Shown: positions 1 to 9,592 of the stretch, piece by piece
Numbering within the stretch: position 1 is the stretch's first letter
Layout: each line of letters begins with the position of its first letter
NCBI GenBank assembly: GCA_947585665.1
Contig: CANPXE010000008.1
Location: 11,294 to 75,293 of the forward strand
Reading direction: 5' to 3'
Length of the DNA stretch: 64,000 nucleotides
Source: an uncultured Bacilli bacterium
Lineage (GTDB): Bacteria; Bacillota_I; Bacilli_A; RF39; UBA660
Notes under the pieces: generated by a model
Database searches by the model: none
What the model was told of the DNA's origin: nothing
Seen by the model: only the letters and a program-made list of their open reading frames with translations
Program-made: the position numbers and the translations under genes

Positions 1-1
1 A

Positions 2-3000
2 AATTTAGACGAACTTCCTGAAAATACAAGAGAAATATATGCTAAATGGCAATCATCTCTTTCAGAAGCACAAAAACAGGCTTATAGAAAGTGGTATGAA
101 CAGATTTGGATAAAATTTTTAAATGAGACAAAGGCATATGGATCAGTTTATTCACACATACCAAAAGAAGCAATTACTGCTGAAATTAATAGATATTGTA
201 TTGATATTAATTTTAGATCTATTGAACTAATGCCATTACCAAAAACACAAGAACAAGTGCAAGAATATCAACAATTACTTATTTATGCTTTAGGAAAAAC
301 ACCTACAATTGACTATAAAGATGATGGGATAACTTATAAGTATGGTGATATGGATATTTTAGAAAATATTCCAAATGAATATATTAATGAAGAAGTTATA
401 AGAGCAGCTATTGAAAAAAGTATAGTTTATTTAGCTTATGCTGATCCTAATGCCGACAACTTTAAAGAATTAGTTGATATAGCATTTAAAAGAAAATTGG
501 CGAGTATTGGTAGAACGGAATTAACTGTTAAAGAACATGAGTTAATTAGGAAATTTGCTATTAACAATGCCGAATTATTTAAAACACTACAATTAGAGAT
601 ATTAGATCCTAAAATAACTGGTGTTATCAGTGAATCTAGTTTAGAAAGAATAATAAGATATACTGATGTTCAACGTTTAGTTTTAAATATTGCTAACGAT
701 GAAGCAGCATTAAAAACATTTGGATTTGCATTAGAAAATCTAAAAATGGATAATATCTTTATAGAACCATTAATTGAGAAATTAAGTCAATCTATTTCTT
801 CTCAAAAAACATATGCAGGGTATAATGCTGAAGAAAAAAAGGAGATATATAGGTCTACATTTTTAGATTTAGTTTCACAAAGAATAGATAGAAAAGATGT
901 GCCATTTACTGATTATGAAAAGGCCATTATTTCCTATTTAGCACTTAATCCACAAGAAGGAAGAAAAATAACAAGTTATGATGATATTTTAACTTTTGTT
1001 GAAAGAAAAAATAGTGAATTAGAAAGCATAGTTAATAATAAAGATTCCACGTTATTAGAAGTTAAAAATGCCTATTTAGAGCGATTGATTGGCTTAAATT
1101 ATGAAACTGTTGCTAACTTAGTGACTATGTATGGAAATGATCCAGAACAATTATTACAAAGCTACAAAAATATTAGTCCTGAATCATTTAAAGAACTTAG
1201 TGAAAAAGAAGCACTTGAAATAATTATAAAATTAAAATCTATTATTGAAACACAAGATATAGATGCCATTAGAAGTGAATTCTTTAAAGCTATCAGTCAA
1301 GAGAAAAAAGAAGAATCATTTTTACGTTATCAAAAATCAACCCTCTTAGAGACTTCATTAAGAAGAGCTTATGGTCGAGATATGGTTAGATCATTATCAA
1401 AAAATACGGATTCTTTACAAACACAAGAATTGGAGTTTGAGGGGGAAAAATATCTTGTAAGAAAAGTAAGTGGAGAATTTTATAGGATGGTTAGTTTATT
1501 AGGCGCATATCGTAAATCAACAACTACTGAAGGTGATATGTATGATAGATGGAATACCAGTAAAATGGCTAGTAACCATGCATTATGTTATAGTTTAATA
1601 AATCAATCTAATCCTGGTACAGCAATGATTAATGATAAAAAGGGTGTCATTATATCAATAAGTGGTTTCAGCCCGGAATCTATATCAGCAGAAGCCCCTT
1701 ATGATTTACGTTCTAATAATAGAAGAAATACAATATTTACTTATCGTCAACAACGTTTCTTTTCTGCTAAAAATATGCCAAATCAAATAAGAGGCAATTA
1801 TTCGGAATATGATATTGAAATTCAAGATGTTTTATCTGAAAGTGATAAATATCAAAAAATTCAACCAGCTACTATAATTTGTTTCGAAGAAGTTGATGAA
1901 GATAGTATTAGAGCCGCTATCGAACTTGGTAAAAAGTTGGGACATCCGGTTCCTATTGAAGTTATTGATAGAAGAGAACTAGCAAGAACAGAAATGGTAC
2001 ATATTATAGAAGCATTAAATAAATTTAAAACTGGCGAAACTATTGATCCTACTTTAGTTGGTGAAATTATTACAAGGTTTATTAATGTTAGAAATGCTCA
2101 TAAATTTTCTAATTTATCAGATGAATTAATAGGCGAAAATGCAGGAAAAGAGAATAAAGATGCACCATTTAATATTGATCATTTAAATAAAATTTTAAAA
2201 GAATGTCTTGCTTCAATTGAACAAAGAATTCGTAATGGACAAGTCGAAGAAGGTTTACAAGCTCTTGAAAGTATAAAAACGATGATTTTTGAGGAAAGAC
2301 AAAAAGCATACTTAATGCCAACAATGTATGAAAAGCAACTATGGATTGGAATTGATACGGATATAGATTATACTTTAGATGAACTACAAAGAACTTATGG
2401 AAAAATAAGTGTTAAACCATTAGAAAAAATTAAAACTTTAGAAATGTTATCACAAATACAAGGACAAGGTTTATCATCAATTACATTTAAAGTAGAAAGA
2501 AAAACTTATATGCCAGAACAATTATCAGTAGATCAAATTATGGAAATAATAGATGTAACAAAAATACAAGAAGGTATTGCTGAAGTACATTCACAAGGAT
2601 TTTATCAAGGTAATAAATCATATGATGAAGAACATATTGCACGAGTAATTTTATATAGTGATGCAATATCTAGAATGGAAGGTTTTGATGACAAAACTAG
2701 AATGTTGTTAATAGAGGCTGCAAAATATTATTCTTGTGGAAGACAATTAGATATTTTAGAAAAGCACGGTCAATATAGTGCAAAATTAGCTGGTAAAGCT
2801 TTAGCGGGTAAGTATTCAGCACAAGATCTTGGTGTAATTCAAGCAACAATTGAATTACAAAATTTTGAATTAACTTATTCGGGATCATTAGATTTTGAAG
2901 AGGAAAAGAAAGAAAAAATTAAGGAATTGTGTAGCAAATATGGTATTTCTGAAGAACAAGCAATTATTATAAATAAAATGGCTAGTTGCATCAGTGATTC

Positions 3001-3580
3001 TATAAAACTTGATCGAACAAGATTTATTGATAAAGCAAATGACAAAACAATAGCAAAATCATTTTATTTTGAAAGTTTGGAATTAGAATCTTCAAAGAAA
3101 ATGATAGAATTTAGTTATTTAATACAAGAACAATTAGCTCAACAGGAATTGGACATATTATTAAGTAGCGTTCAAATTGATTTTGATAAAGAAAAAGAAC
3201 AAATAATGAGTGATTTCTTTACTGAATACCATTTTGGAGGAAGAATTGATATAAAAACTAAAGATGAATCAATTACCAAGTCACCAATTGTAAGACTAGA
3301 ATATTTAAAAACAAAACATCCCGAAATTGTTAGAACAAGTTCTAATTTTTTATCAGAAAAAAAACAAAATAAAGAAGAATTAATAGAAAGGGAAAAAACT
3401 CCTGAAAAATTACAATTAGATGATGTCCAAAGACAAAATTTAATAAGGCAACGAATTGAAACACGAATTTCTGAATTAGGAATACAAACAAGTTCGTCTT
3501 TATCATCTGGTAATTCGTTTGAGCAACATGAATCAGGTCAAGAGATAGAGACAGAAACACATCATGATATAAAAATGTAA
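2..3580 (+). CDS. large hypothetical protein (more than 1190 aa), 5' end outside window
   Basis: Frame 2 is open from base 2 directly into the tracked ORF 230..3580, so the Met at 230 is internal and the true start lies upstream of the window. The protein is helical and E/K/I/L-rich. The segment EEHIARVILYSDAISRMEGFDDKTRMLLIEAAKYYSCGRQ follows the HD-domain pattern (H..RV ... AA..HD.GR), but HD is replaced by YS. No P-loop was seen. Confidence 0.7.
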   Translation, partial: NLDELPENTREIYAKWQSSLSEAQKQAYRKWYEQIWIKFLNETKAYGSVYSHIPKEAITAEINRYCIDINFRSIELMPLPKTQEQVQEYQQLLIYALGKTPTIDYKDDGITYKYGDMDILENIPNEYINEEVIRAAIEKSIVYLAYADPNADNFKELVDIAFKRKLASIGRTELTVKEHELIRKFAINNAELFKTLQLEILDPKITGVISESSLERIIRYTDVQRLVLNIANDEAALKTFGFALENLKMDNIFIEPLIEKLSQSISSQKTYAGYNAEEKKEIYRSTFLDLVSQRIDRKDVPFTDYEKAIISYLALNPQEGRKITSYDDILTFVERKNSELESIVNNKDSTLLEVKNAYLERLIGLNYETVANLVTMYGNDPEQLLQSYKNISPESFKELSEKEALEIIIKLKSIIETQDIDAIRSEFFKAISQEKKEESFLRYQKSTLLETSLRRAYGRDMVRSLSKNTDSLQTQELEFEGEKYLVRKVSGEFYRMVSLLGAYRKSTTTEGDMYDRWNTSKMASNHALCYSLINQSNPGTAMINDKKGVIISISGFSPESISAEAPYDLRSNNRRNTIFTYRQQRFFSAKNMPNQIRGNYSEYDIEIQDVLSESDKYQKIQPATIICFEEVDEDSIRAAIELGKKLGHPVPIEVIDRRELARTEMVHIIEALNKFKTGETIDPTLVGEIITRFINVRNAHKFSNLSDELIGENAGKENKDAPFNIDHLNKILKECLASIEQRIRNGQVEEGLQALESIKTMIFEERQKAYLMPTMYEKQLWIGIDTDIDYTLDELQRTYGKISVKPLEKIKTLEMLSQIQGQGLSSITFKVERKTYMPEQLSVDQIMEIIDVTKIQEGIAEVHSQGFYQGNKSYDEEHIARVILYSDAISRMEGFDDKTRMLLIEAAKYYSCGRQLDILEKHGQYSAKLAGKALAGKYSAQDLGVIQATIELQNFELTYSGSLDFEEEKKEKIKELCSKYGISEEQAIIINKMASCISDSIKLDRTRFIDKANDKTIAKSFYFESLELESSKKMIEFSYLIQEQLAQQELDILLSSVQIDFDKEKEQIMSDFFTEYHFGGRIDIKTKDESITKSPIVRLEYLKTKHPEIVRTSSNFLSEKKQNKEELIEREKTPEKLQLDDVQRQNLIRQRIETRISELGIQTSSSLSSGNSFEQHESGQEIETETHHDIKM

Positions 3581-3623
3581 TTTTACATATTATTTTCATA
3601 CTATTACAAGAATGCTACTGAAC

Positions 3624-3660
3624 AAAAAAAGAACTATCAATTAGATAGTTCTTTACTTTT
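3624..3660. terminator. bidirectional hairpin terminator, copy 1 of a repeated element
   Basis: The sequence is AAAAAAAGAACTATCAATTAGATAGTTCTTTACTTTT: a perfect stem with an A-tract on one side and a T-tract on the other, lying between convergent genes. Confidence 0.6.
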
Positions 3661-3703
3661 AAATAATACTACTAAATATAATTGAACTTAAATATAAAAA
3701 TTT

Positions 3704-4402
3704 TTAAGAATTTAGTATCCATTCAATAATTGCTTTTTTAATTTCATAGTATTCTTCTTCTTCAAACTGCATATTGGCAATACAAAATCTTTTAGAAGCA
3801 ATGTGGGAACAAAATATACACTCGTATAGATTGTAACAGTCTTGAATGAATAGGGAATTACTAACTTTGTTAGAACAAATGACGTTATAACTATTACTAC
3901 AGTCTTTGGAATCATCACATCTTATACAAAAATTACAAGTACCAGATCTTTGAGAAGCTAATAGAAATTCACTATTACCACAAGAATCACAATAAATTAA
4001 ATTTTTAGAATCACTACAATCAGTACAACGATAAATATTTTCAGAGCGATAAATAGTATCGCTTTTTATAACGTTTAATGAGTCATAAACTCTTTCCGTT
4101 GTCGTTAAATTAATACTCTTCCAAATAGTAATTAGTTCTTGTAAGTCATTTATATCTGTTTTGGGTAGCATCCAGCCTGTCGTTTCATCACGTTTTTCCA
4201 TATTTTGGTTAGTTATGAACTTTTCACTACTTATAGAATTGGCCCATGTTACTTCATTAGTAGTTGAGTCATATACTTGTTTTGGTAATTTGACATCAAA
4301 AGCAAACTTTTCAAGAAGAGTGTCCAAATCAAAAGAATTATTTTTATCAAAAACACTTTTAAATATTTTATTTACTATTTCTAATGCTTTATTATCATTC
4401 AT
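3704..4402 (-). CDS. Cys-rich hypothetical protein (CxxC-rich C-terminal module)
   Basis: The ATG overlaps the upstream stop (TAATG) and follows the SD AAGGTGGTGA. The C-terminal ~100 aa hold at least 14 Cys, including CTDC-x9-CDSC and CNFCIRC, with a roughly 12-residue periodicity. I recognise no family. Confidence 0.75.
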   Translation of the reverse strand: MNDNKALEIVNKIFKSVFDKNNSFDLDTLLEKFAFDVKLPKQVYDSTTNEVTWANSISSEKFITNQNMEKRDETTGWMLPKTDINDLQELITIWKSINLTTTERVYDSLNVIKSDTIYRSENIYRCTDCSDSKNLIYCDSCGNSEFLLASQRSGTCNFCIRCDDSKDCSNSYNVICSNKVSNSLFIQDCYNLYECIFCSHIASKRFCIANMQFEEEEYYEIKKAIIEWILNS

Positions 4403-6252
4403 TATCTCACCACCTTCATACTTGTTGAATTAGTAACTAATATTTCATGTAAATCAATATCGGTATTTAATTTAAAGTTGTGTTTCTTGGGTTCCATTTT
4501 CTTTTCCTCTTTACTTTCTATTGGCGTTTCTTTTTTAACTCTTGGAATACTTGTATAATCAATTGTTCTTCCTTTAAAAGCTGGTAATAGAATACCATTT
4601 TCATCTATTCTAGCAATGCATTCACGATTATTTAATTCTGTTAACATTTTAATTTTTCTTTCACGAGTATCATCTAGCGGTATTTTCATATTAAAATTAT
4701 CAACTAAGATGTTGGCATCTAGTTTAGATACTCTAAAAATAAAGTAATTGATGACATTTGCAAAAATAGCATTTTTTAATTCTTCTGATATTTGACTAAA
4801 ATATTGACTTGCTAGAACAAGAGATAAGTTATATTTTCTAGCTTCTGAAAGATATCTTGAAAGAATTGGATTTTCCACAACAGCAACTTCATCAATGATA
4901 AAAATTATATGTTCATCAATTTCTCTTTTTTGCACGATCGTTAAAAGTTGTTGCATGATAAGTCCAGCAATTGTTTTAGTAACTTTATCACCAAGTTTAG
5001 TTCTATCAAGTGAAAATAAAGTTAAAAAGTTATTGTCAATCGTTTTCTTTAAATTGTCCATTTCCATACTGGAACTAAAGACAGGAAGCATTTCCATTTC
5101 ATCAATAAAAGCAATAATAGGGGAAATAGCTTCATTATAAGATTTAGTTTTTAAGTCATTAAAGTCTGATAAAAAGAAATCAATGACACTAATTGGTAAC
5201 TTATCTTTTAGTTTTTTAATTAAGTCATTACGATATTCTAATTCTAAAATTAATTTTCGCAATGTTTTAAAACTAAATGATTCATCAGTTAATAAAATAT
5301 GAATAGAGTGTCTTAATACTCTTTCCAATTTAGAATTGTATTGATCAGCAATCAAAGATTTTAATAGGTCTAATAATAATTCTGTTGCGGAAACGATGTC
5401 ATCACTCTTATTAATGAATAAGTCGATACTATCTAAATTAGTTCTAAAATCAATTACTTTGCCAATCCCACCAATATCATTTTCTAGGGAAGCATGCGGA
5501 TCAATTACAACAACTTTATATTGATCTTTAAAGTCATTATTCTTAGATATGTTATTAATTAAAGAACTGATAAATTTTGATTTTCCACAACCAGATGATC
5601 CAATAATAATGGAATGTTTATCAAAACTAAAACTATTTTGTTTTAGATAAAAATTACCCTGTAAATAAGGAAATGTATCAATTTCTAACAAAGAATTATT
5701 TAAATCAGTGCTCAATAGATGAAGTATTTTATTTATATCTAAATATTTTGGCGCCGTTTTATAAAAGTATCTTTTATTTCCTTCAAAATCAACTGATAAA
5801 AGATTAGTTGGAATAGGAAGAATAATGCGATATTTTTTTATTACTCCATTTTTATTTAAATAGAAATATACTTTAGATTTAATCTTATCTTCATATAATT
5901 TACGAAAATTAATTTCGACAATTCTGAGGGCCCCTTTATTCTTAATTTCGCTATAATTGATTAAATCAATAATACTACTACCAATTTTAGGTAATGATAG
6001 GTATGCATAATTGATTTTTGGTAAGTTTATATCATCAACCTTTTTTAATAAAAAAGAATTTAAATTATTAATAGTTGTTGGCAAATTATATTTTGATTTA
6101 ATAAAATATCTTATTTGATTTTTATCATTGACAATTATTAATTTCCAATTTTTAAGAACACCACAATAAGTAGATATTGTTCTAATGAACTCTAACCATT
6201 CTTCTTTACTGACAAACTTTTTTGTCAAATAAATTTCTTGAAACAACCCCAT
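4402..6252 (-). CDS. FtsK/HerA-superfamily P-loop ATPase (DUF87/HerA-like)
   Basis: Motifs seen are Walker A GSSGCGKSKF, Walker B HIIFIIDEVAVV, and ARKYNLSLVLASQYFSQIS, which resembles the HerA/VirD4 post-Walker-B segment. I prefer the ATG at 6252 (SD GAGGTGA 5 nt upstream) over the tracked GTG at 6261. About 210 aa at the N-terminus are of unknown type. Confidence 0.75.
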   Translation of the reverse strand: MGLFQEIYLTKKFVSKEEWLEFIRTISTYCGVLKNWKLIIVNDKNQIRYFIKSKYNLPTTINNLNSFLLKKVDDINLPKINYAYLSLPKIGSSIIDLINYSEIKNKGALRIVEINFRKLYEDKIKSKVYFYLNKNGVIKKYRIILPIPTNLLSVDFEGNKRYFYKTAPKYLDINKILHLLSTDLNNSLLEIDTFPYLQGNFYLKQNSFSFDKHSIIIGSSGCGKSKFISSLINNISKNNDFKDQYKVVVIDPHASLENDIGGIGKVIDFRTNLDSIDLFINKSDDIVSATELLLDLLKSLIADQYNSKLERVLRHSIHILLTDESFSFKTLRKLILELEYRNDLIKKLKDKLPISVIDFFLSDFNDLKTKSYNEAISPIIAFIDEMEMLPVFSSSMEMDNLKKTIDNNFLTLFSLDRTKLGDKVTKTIAGLIMQQLLTIVQKREIDEHIIFIIDEVAVVENPILSRYLSEARKYNLSLVLASQYFSQISEELKNAIFANVINYFIFRVSKLDANILVDNFNMKIPLDDTRERKIKMLTELNNRECIARIDENGILLPAFKGRTIDYTSIPRVKKETPIESKEEKKMEPKKHNFKLNTDIDLHEILVTNSTSMKVVR

Positions 6253-6326
6253 ATCTTTCACCTCGCGATAAAGTATATCAAAAAAGGCAAATAAAAAACT
6301 GACTTTTTAATAATCAGTTTTGTCAG

Positions 6327-7121
6327 TTAATAGATGGCAACTAAAAAATCAGTTATATCATCGTGATAGTATTCTAATTCCGGTATTTCTTTTAAATTAT
6401 ATTTACAAGATGGTAAAAATTCATTATAAAAGCGATGAGATATATCTTGAATATCTTCCGGACTTTCAGAATTAATACGAAAACGTAGCCATTTACTCTT
6501 AGGAATAGTAATTTGCTCAAAGTCTTTTCCTGGTTTATCAAATAGACAATAATATTTTTGACTTTCTTCATGCCCGATGTCATAAGTAATCATTCCATAC
6601 TTTACAGGACCATATTCAGAAACGTATTTTTTAATTACTTTTTGAAAGAAGATAGGAGCTTCTTGTCCAATTTTTTCATTACTTGTTTCAAAACCAATAC
6701 CATATAGTTTTAATTCATCAAGTTCAATTATTTCATAATCTAGTTCAGTTGTTATTGCAATATCTTCATTAAATACTATTCTTGGGAAGTTTTTAAGTTT
6801 TGTTTCCTTAGTGACAAGACTAGGTTTAATACCATGAAATTTCTCAAAGGCTCTTGAAAAAGAGGTAGCATTATCATATTGGTACTTAATGGCGATGTCC
6901 ATTATTTTTTCTTTGTTTTCATATAAGTCGTAACCAGCATTAGATAGTCTTCTTTTACGAATATATTCAGAGATAGAAAGCCCAGCAATCATCGTAAATA
7001 GTCTTTGCATTGTATAGACATTAACACCAATAAAGTGTGCTAAAACGTTGTAGTCTATTTCTTCTTCTAAATTATCATCAATATATTTAGTTATATCATT
7101 TAGACATTTATATATATTCAA
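6327..7121 (-). CDS. AraC-family transcriptional regulator with GyrI-like effector domain
   Basis: The N-terminal AraC HTH includes ISEYIRKRRLSNAGYDL and YDNATSFSRAFEKFHGIKPS. The C-terminal ~150 aa resemble a GyrI-like small-molecule-binding fold. The start is TTG, preceded by AGGTGATG. Confidence 0.8.
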   Translation of the reverse strand: MNIYKCLNDITKYIDDNLEEEIDYNVLAHFIGVNVYTMQRLFTMIAGLSISEYIRKRRLSNAGYDLYENKEKIMDIAIKYQYDNATSFSRAFEKFHGIKPSLVTKETKLKNFPRIVFNEDIAITTELDYEIIELDELKLYGIGFETSNEKIGQEAPIFFQKVIKKYVSEYGPVKYGMITYDIGHEESQKYYCLFDKPGKDFEQITIPKSKWLRFRINSESPEDIQDISHRFYNEFLPSCKYNLKEIPELEYYHDDITDFLVAIY

Positions 7122-7208
7122 AGGACATCACCTATATATATTCTATCATATAACATTGACTAGCATAAAATAAAAATCTATAATAATTTATTGAAAAGAG
7201 GCGACTTT

Positions 7209-7862
7209 ATGTCAAAAGAACAAAATGTCATAAGTTATTATGTAATATGCAATAGATTAAAAGATATTATTAGAACCGGTTGGAAAAATTGGAATGTTCA
7301 AAGAGAAAGAGTTGAGAGTGTTGCTGAACATATTTTTGGTGTTCAAATGTTAGCAATTGCCATGAAATCAGAGTATGAATATGATGTAGATATTATGAAA
7401 GTAGTGTATATGCTTGCTATTCATGAAATTGGTGAAGCTGTTATTGGTGATTTAACGCAATTTCAAATATCAAAAGAAGAAAAAGAAAAAATTGAACATG
7501 AAGCAGTACATAAAATATTAGGTGACCTATTAGATGGTGACAAAATTGAAGAATTATTTTTAGAATTTGATTCTCATAATACAAAAGAATCAATATTTGC
7601 TTATCAATGTGATAAATTAGAATGCGATTTACAATGTAAGTTATATGATGAAGAAGGGTGCGTTGATATTCAAAAACAAGAGATTGATAATCCAATAAAA
7701 AATGCAAGAGTTCAAGAATTACTCAAAACAGGTTCTTCTTGGTCAACGATGTGGATTAAATTCGGTCAACAAACTTACCCATATGATAAAAATTTTAAAA
7801 CTATTTCAAATTATGCTCTTAATAATGAAATAGGCAAAGTTAAGAATAAGCACCTTGATTAA
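7209..7862 (+). CDS. HD-domain 5'-deoxynucleotidase (YfbR/HDDC2-like)
   Basis: RERVESVAEHIFGVQMLAIAM and LAIHEIGEAVIGDLT match the YfbR-type HD motifs. The ATG at 7209 follows AAGAGG, so the tracked TTG at 7191 is unlikely. Confidence 0.75.
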   Translation: MSKEQNVISYYVICNRLKDIIRTGWKNWNVQRERVESVAEHIFGVQMLAIAMKSEYEYDVDIMKVVYMLAIHEIGEAVIGDLTQFQISKEEKEKIEHEAVHKILGDLLDGDKIEELFLEFDSHNTKESIFAYQCDKLECDLQCKLYDEEGCVDIQKQEIDNPIKNARVQELLKTGSSWSTMWIKFGQQTYPYDKNFKTISNYALNNEIGKVKNKHLD

Positions 7863-7931
7863 AAAAGCTTTAGATTTGATTAATAATATATTTATTTTTA
7901 CTAATTTAAATTTTAATACTAATTACTGAAT

Positions 7932-7966
7932 AAAGAACTATCAATTAGATAGCTCTTTATTTTTAT
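7932..7966. terminator. hairpin terminator, copy 2 of the repeated element
   Basis: AAAGAACTATCAATTAGATAGCTCTTTATTTTTAT lies downstream of the HD gene. It carries the same A.C stem mismatch as copy 3. Confidence 0.55.
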
Positions 7967-8104
7967 ATTAAGCGATAATTTTATTTACATTCAAAAAAAT
8001 TATACTATCAAGTTTGATTAATTATTGCAATTTTAAATGTAAATATGGAAAAATTATTATGATATAGTATAATTAAATTAATAATATGAAATGAGGATTA
8101 GAAA

Positions 8105-8869
8105 ATGGGAAAATTATATCATGGAAGCTTAGAAAGAGGAATTACAAGACTAGAACCTCATAAATCAACACATGGTAAGTATGTTTATGCTACACCATAT
8201 AAAGAATTAGCAATTATTTTTTCAGGAAGATGTGGAGATGATTGTACTTATGCTTTATATAGATATAACAATGATGAAATATGGCAATTGGTAGAAAGAA
8301 TACCAGAAGCATTTAACACAATGTTTAGTAATAGTTCATCAATTTATACTTTAGATGATGCAACATTTAAAGATATACACACTGGTTTCGCAGAAGTTGT
8401 TTCAGAAGTTGGTGTTAATACTGAAAGTGAAGAATTTATTGAAAATGTTTATGATAATATTAAAAGACTAGCAAATGAAGGTAAAATTAAGTTATATATA
8501 TATCCAAATAAACCTAAAGAAATACCACAGGATAGTTCTGATTTAATTGATAAACAAATTAAACAAAATCAAAGAGATAATAATCCTATCACTAAGAAGT
8601 CTTTTGAAAGAATTGTATTATTACATCCGTATTTAATAGATAAAGTTAATCAAAAAATGATTGAATTAGGGTTGGATGTTGAACCATATCAAAAAGATGA
8701 TTTAATCAATTTGTTTTCTAATGCGGTGATTATGCAAGATACCAATCCAAATAATGAACAATATTTAAAATCTATACTTATTTCTATTTCAAATACTTAT
8801 CCTGAATTATTACCTATTTTAAATAAGGAGTATAAATCTAAAGAAGGAAAGAAACACATTAATAGTTGA
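8105..8869 (+). CDS. hypothetical protein with N-terminal LYHGS / YVYAT motifs (possible ADP-ribosyltransferase-like fold)
   Basis: The SD GAGGA lies 7 nt upstream. The N-terminus MGKLYHGSLERGITRLEP...GKYVYATPY resembles the H-G-[ST] plus aromatic-x-[ST] motifs of H-Y-E ART folds and DUF3990-type proteins. This is a recollection-level similarity only. Confidence 0.6.
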   Translation: MGKLYHGSLERGITRLEPHKSTHGKYVYATPYKELAIIFSGRCGDDCTYALYRYNNDEIWQLVERIPEAFNTMFSNSSSIYTLDDATFKDIHTGFAEVVSEVGVNTESEEFIENVYDNIKRLANEGKIKLYIYPNKPKEIPQDSSDLIDKQIKQNQRDNNPITKKSFERIVLLHPYLIDKVNQKMIELGLDVEPYQKDDLINLFSNAVIMQDTNPNNEQYLKSILISISNTYPELLPILNKEYKSKEGKKHINS

Positions 8870-8913
8870 GCTAATTAGTTAATTTGAATCAGAATTTCTA
8901 CAAAAAAAATAAA

Positions 8914-8940
8914 CGTCGCATTAATAATGCGACGATTTTT
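8914..8940. terminator. bidirectional rho-independent terminator
   Basis: The hairpin CGTCGCATTAATAATGCGACG is flanked by an A-run and a T-run, between convergent genes. Confidence 0.65.
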
Positions 8941-9006
8941 ACTTTTGAAGTTGAAAAACTATAATTTACAAACTATGTATTTTTGTAATAAATATATTAA
9001 AAATTA

Positions 9007-9372
9007 TTATTTATTTTTAATTTTTATTTTACTAATTGTATAATTAAAGTTTTGACAGAACTTCATCATTTCTTCGTCTGAAATGCCACTATCTAGCAAA
9101 TTATTGAAATAATCTTTGTATTGACTTTCATTAACGTCTTTTTGTAAAGATATTAAATATAAACATGCTTCAGTAGATGTGTCAAATGATTTAGCAGAAT
9201 AAAAGCCTCTTCTTTCATCAGTTTTCCATACTATCCATTTACCATTTTCTGTTTTAAAAATACATTTATAATATGATGATCTTCCACTTCCTAATAGGGT
9301 ATCTTTAGCAAAATCATATTTTTTTCCAGTTTCGCAATAAGAATGAATTGCAATTATTTCTTTTTTTGTCAA
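9007..9372 (-). CDS. hypothetical protein, possibly the 3' part of a frameshifted gene
   Basis: The only available start is TTG, with no SD. An upstream 41-codon ORF (ATG at 9494) would fuse in frame if the A7 run at 9397..9403 were A8. Confidence 0.45.
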   Translation of the reverse strand: MTKKEIIAIHSYCETGKKYDFAKDTLLGSGRSSYYKCIFKTENGKWIVWKTDERRGFYSAKSFDTSTEACLYLISLQKDVNESQYKDYFNNLLDSGISDEEMMKFCQNFNYTISKIKIKNK

Positions 9373-9592
9373 AGAACGTGTTTCGGATACTTTCCTAAAA
9401 AAATGTGCACATCAAATTTACAATTTTCAAATATATTACCAACATTCCTGTAATACGTACATACTGGTACTTTGTGATTGCCTTCTTCTATCATACTAAT
9501 ACTTCTTTCCCGTTCTTGTTTTTGGGGGTAACTTTAACTTTCCGTTGACCTCAGCATCAACTCTTTCAATAGTTATTGTCTTTTTTTTGCAT
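9373..9592 (-). pseudogene. fragmented reading frames upstream of 9007..9372 (decayed or frameshifted gene?)
   Basis: A strong SD (AGGAAGG) and ATG at 9592 lead to a stop after only 8 codons, directly after an 8-nt homopolymer (9581..9588). A second fragment, MIEEGNHKVPVCTYYRNVGNIFENCKFDVHIF, stops shortly after a 7-nt homopolymer. Confidence 0.3.

Noticed and set aside
319-329. An 11-nt direct match (AGATGATGGGA) to the 3' part of tRNA-Gly (16445..16455), which could be an att remnant bounding a 16-kb island.
   Set aside because: The match is only 11 nt and lies inside the long ORF 2..3580, which continues upstream. No integrase is present, so coincidence is the more likely explanation.
2697-5140. 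Short ORFs at 2697..2888, 3342..3599, 3712..3918, 4161..4433 and 4895..5140, overlapping larger genes.
   Set aside because: Each lies wholly or almost wholly inside, or antisense to, a longer and better-supported ORF, and has no RBS. They are typical AT-rich spurious frames.
4402-6252. The ATPase interpreted as part of a conjugative element or prophage packaging system.
   Set aside because: No relaxase, T4SS, integrase, portal or terminase genes lie nearby. I kept it as an orphan ATPase-effector pair instead.
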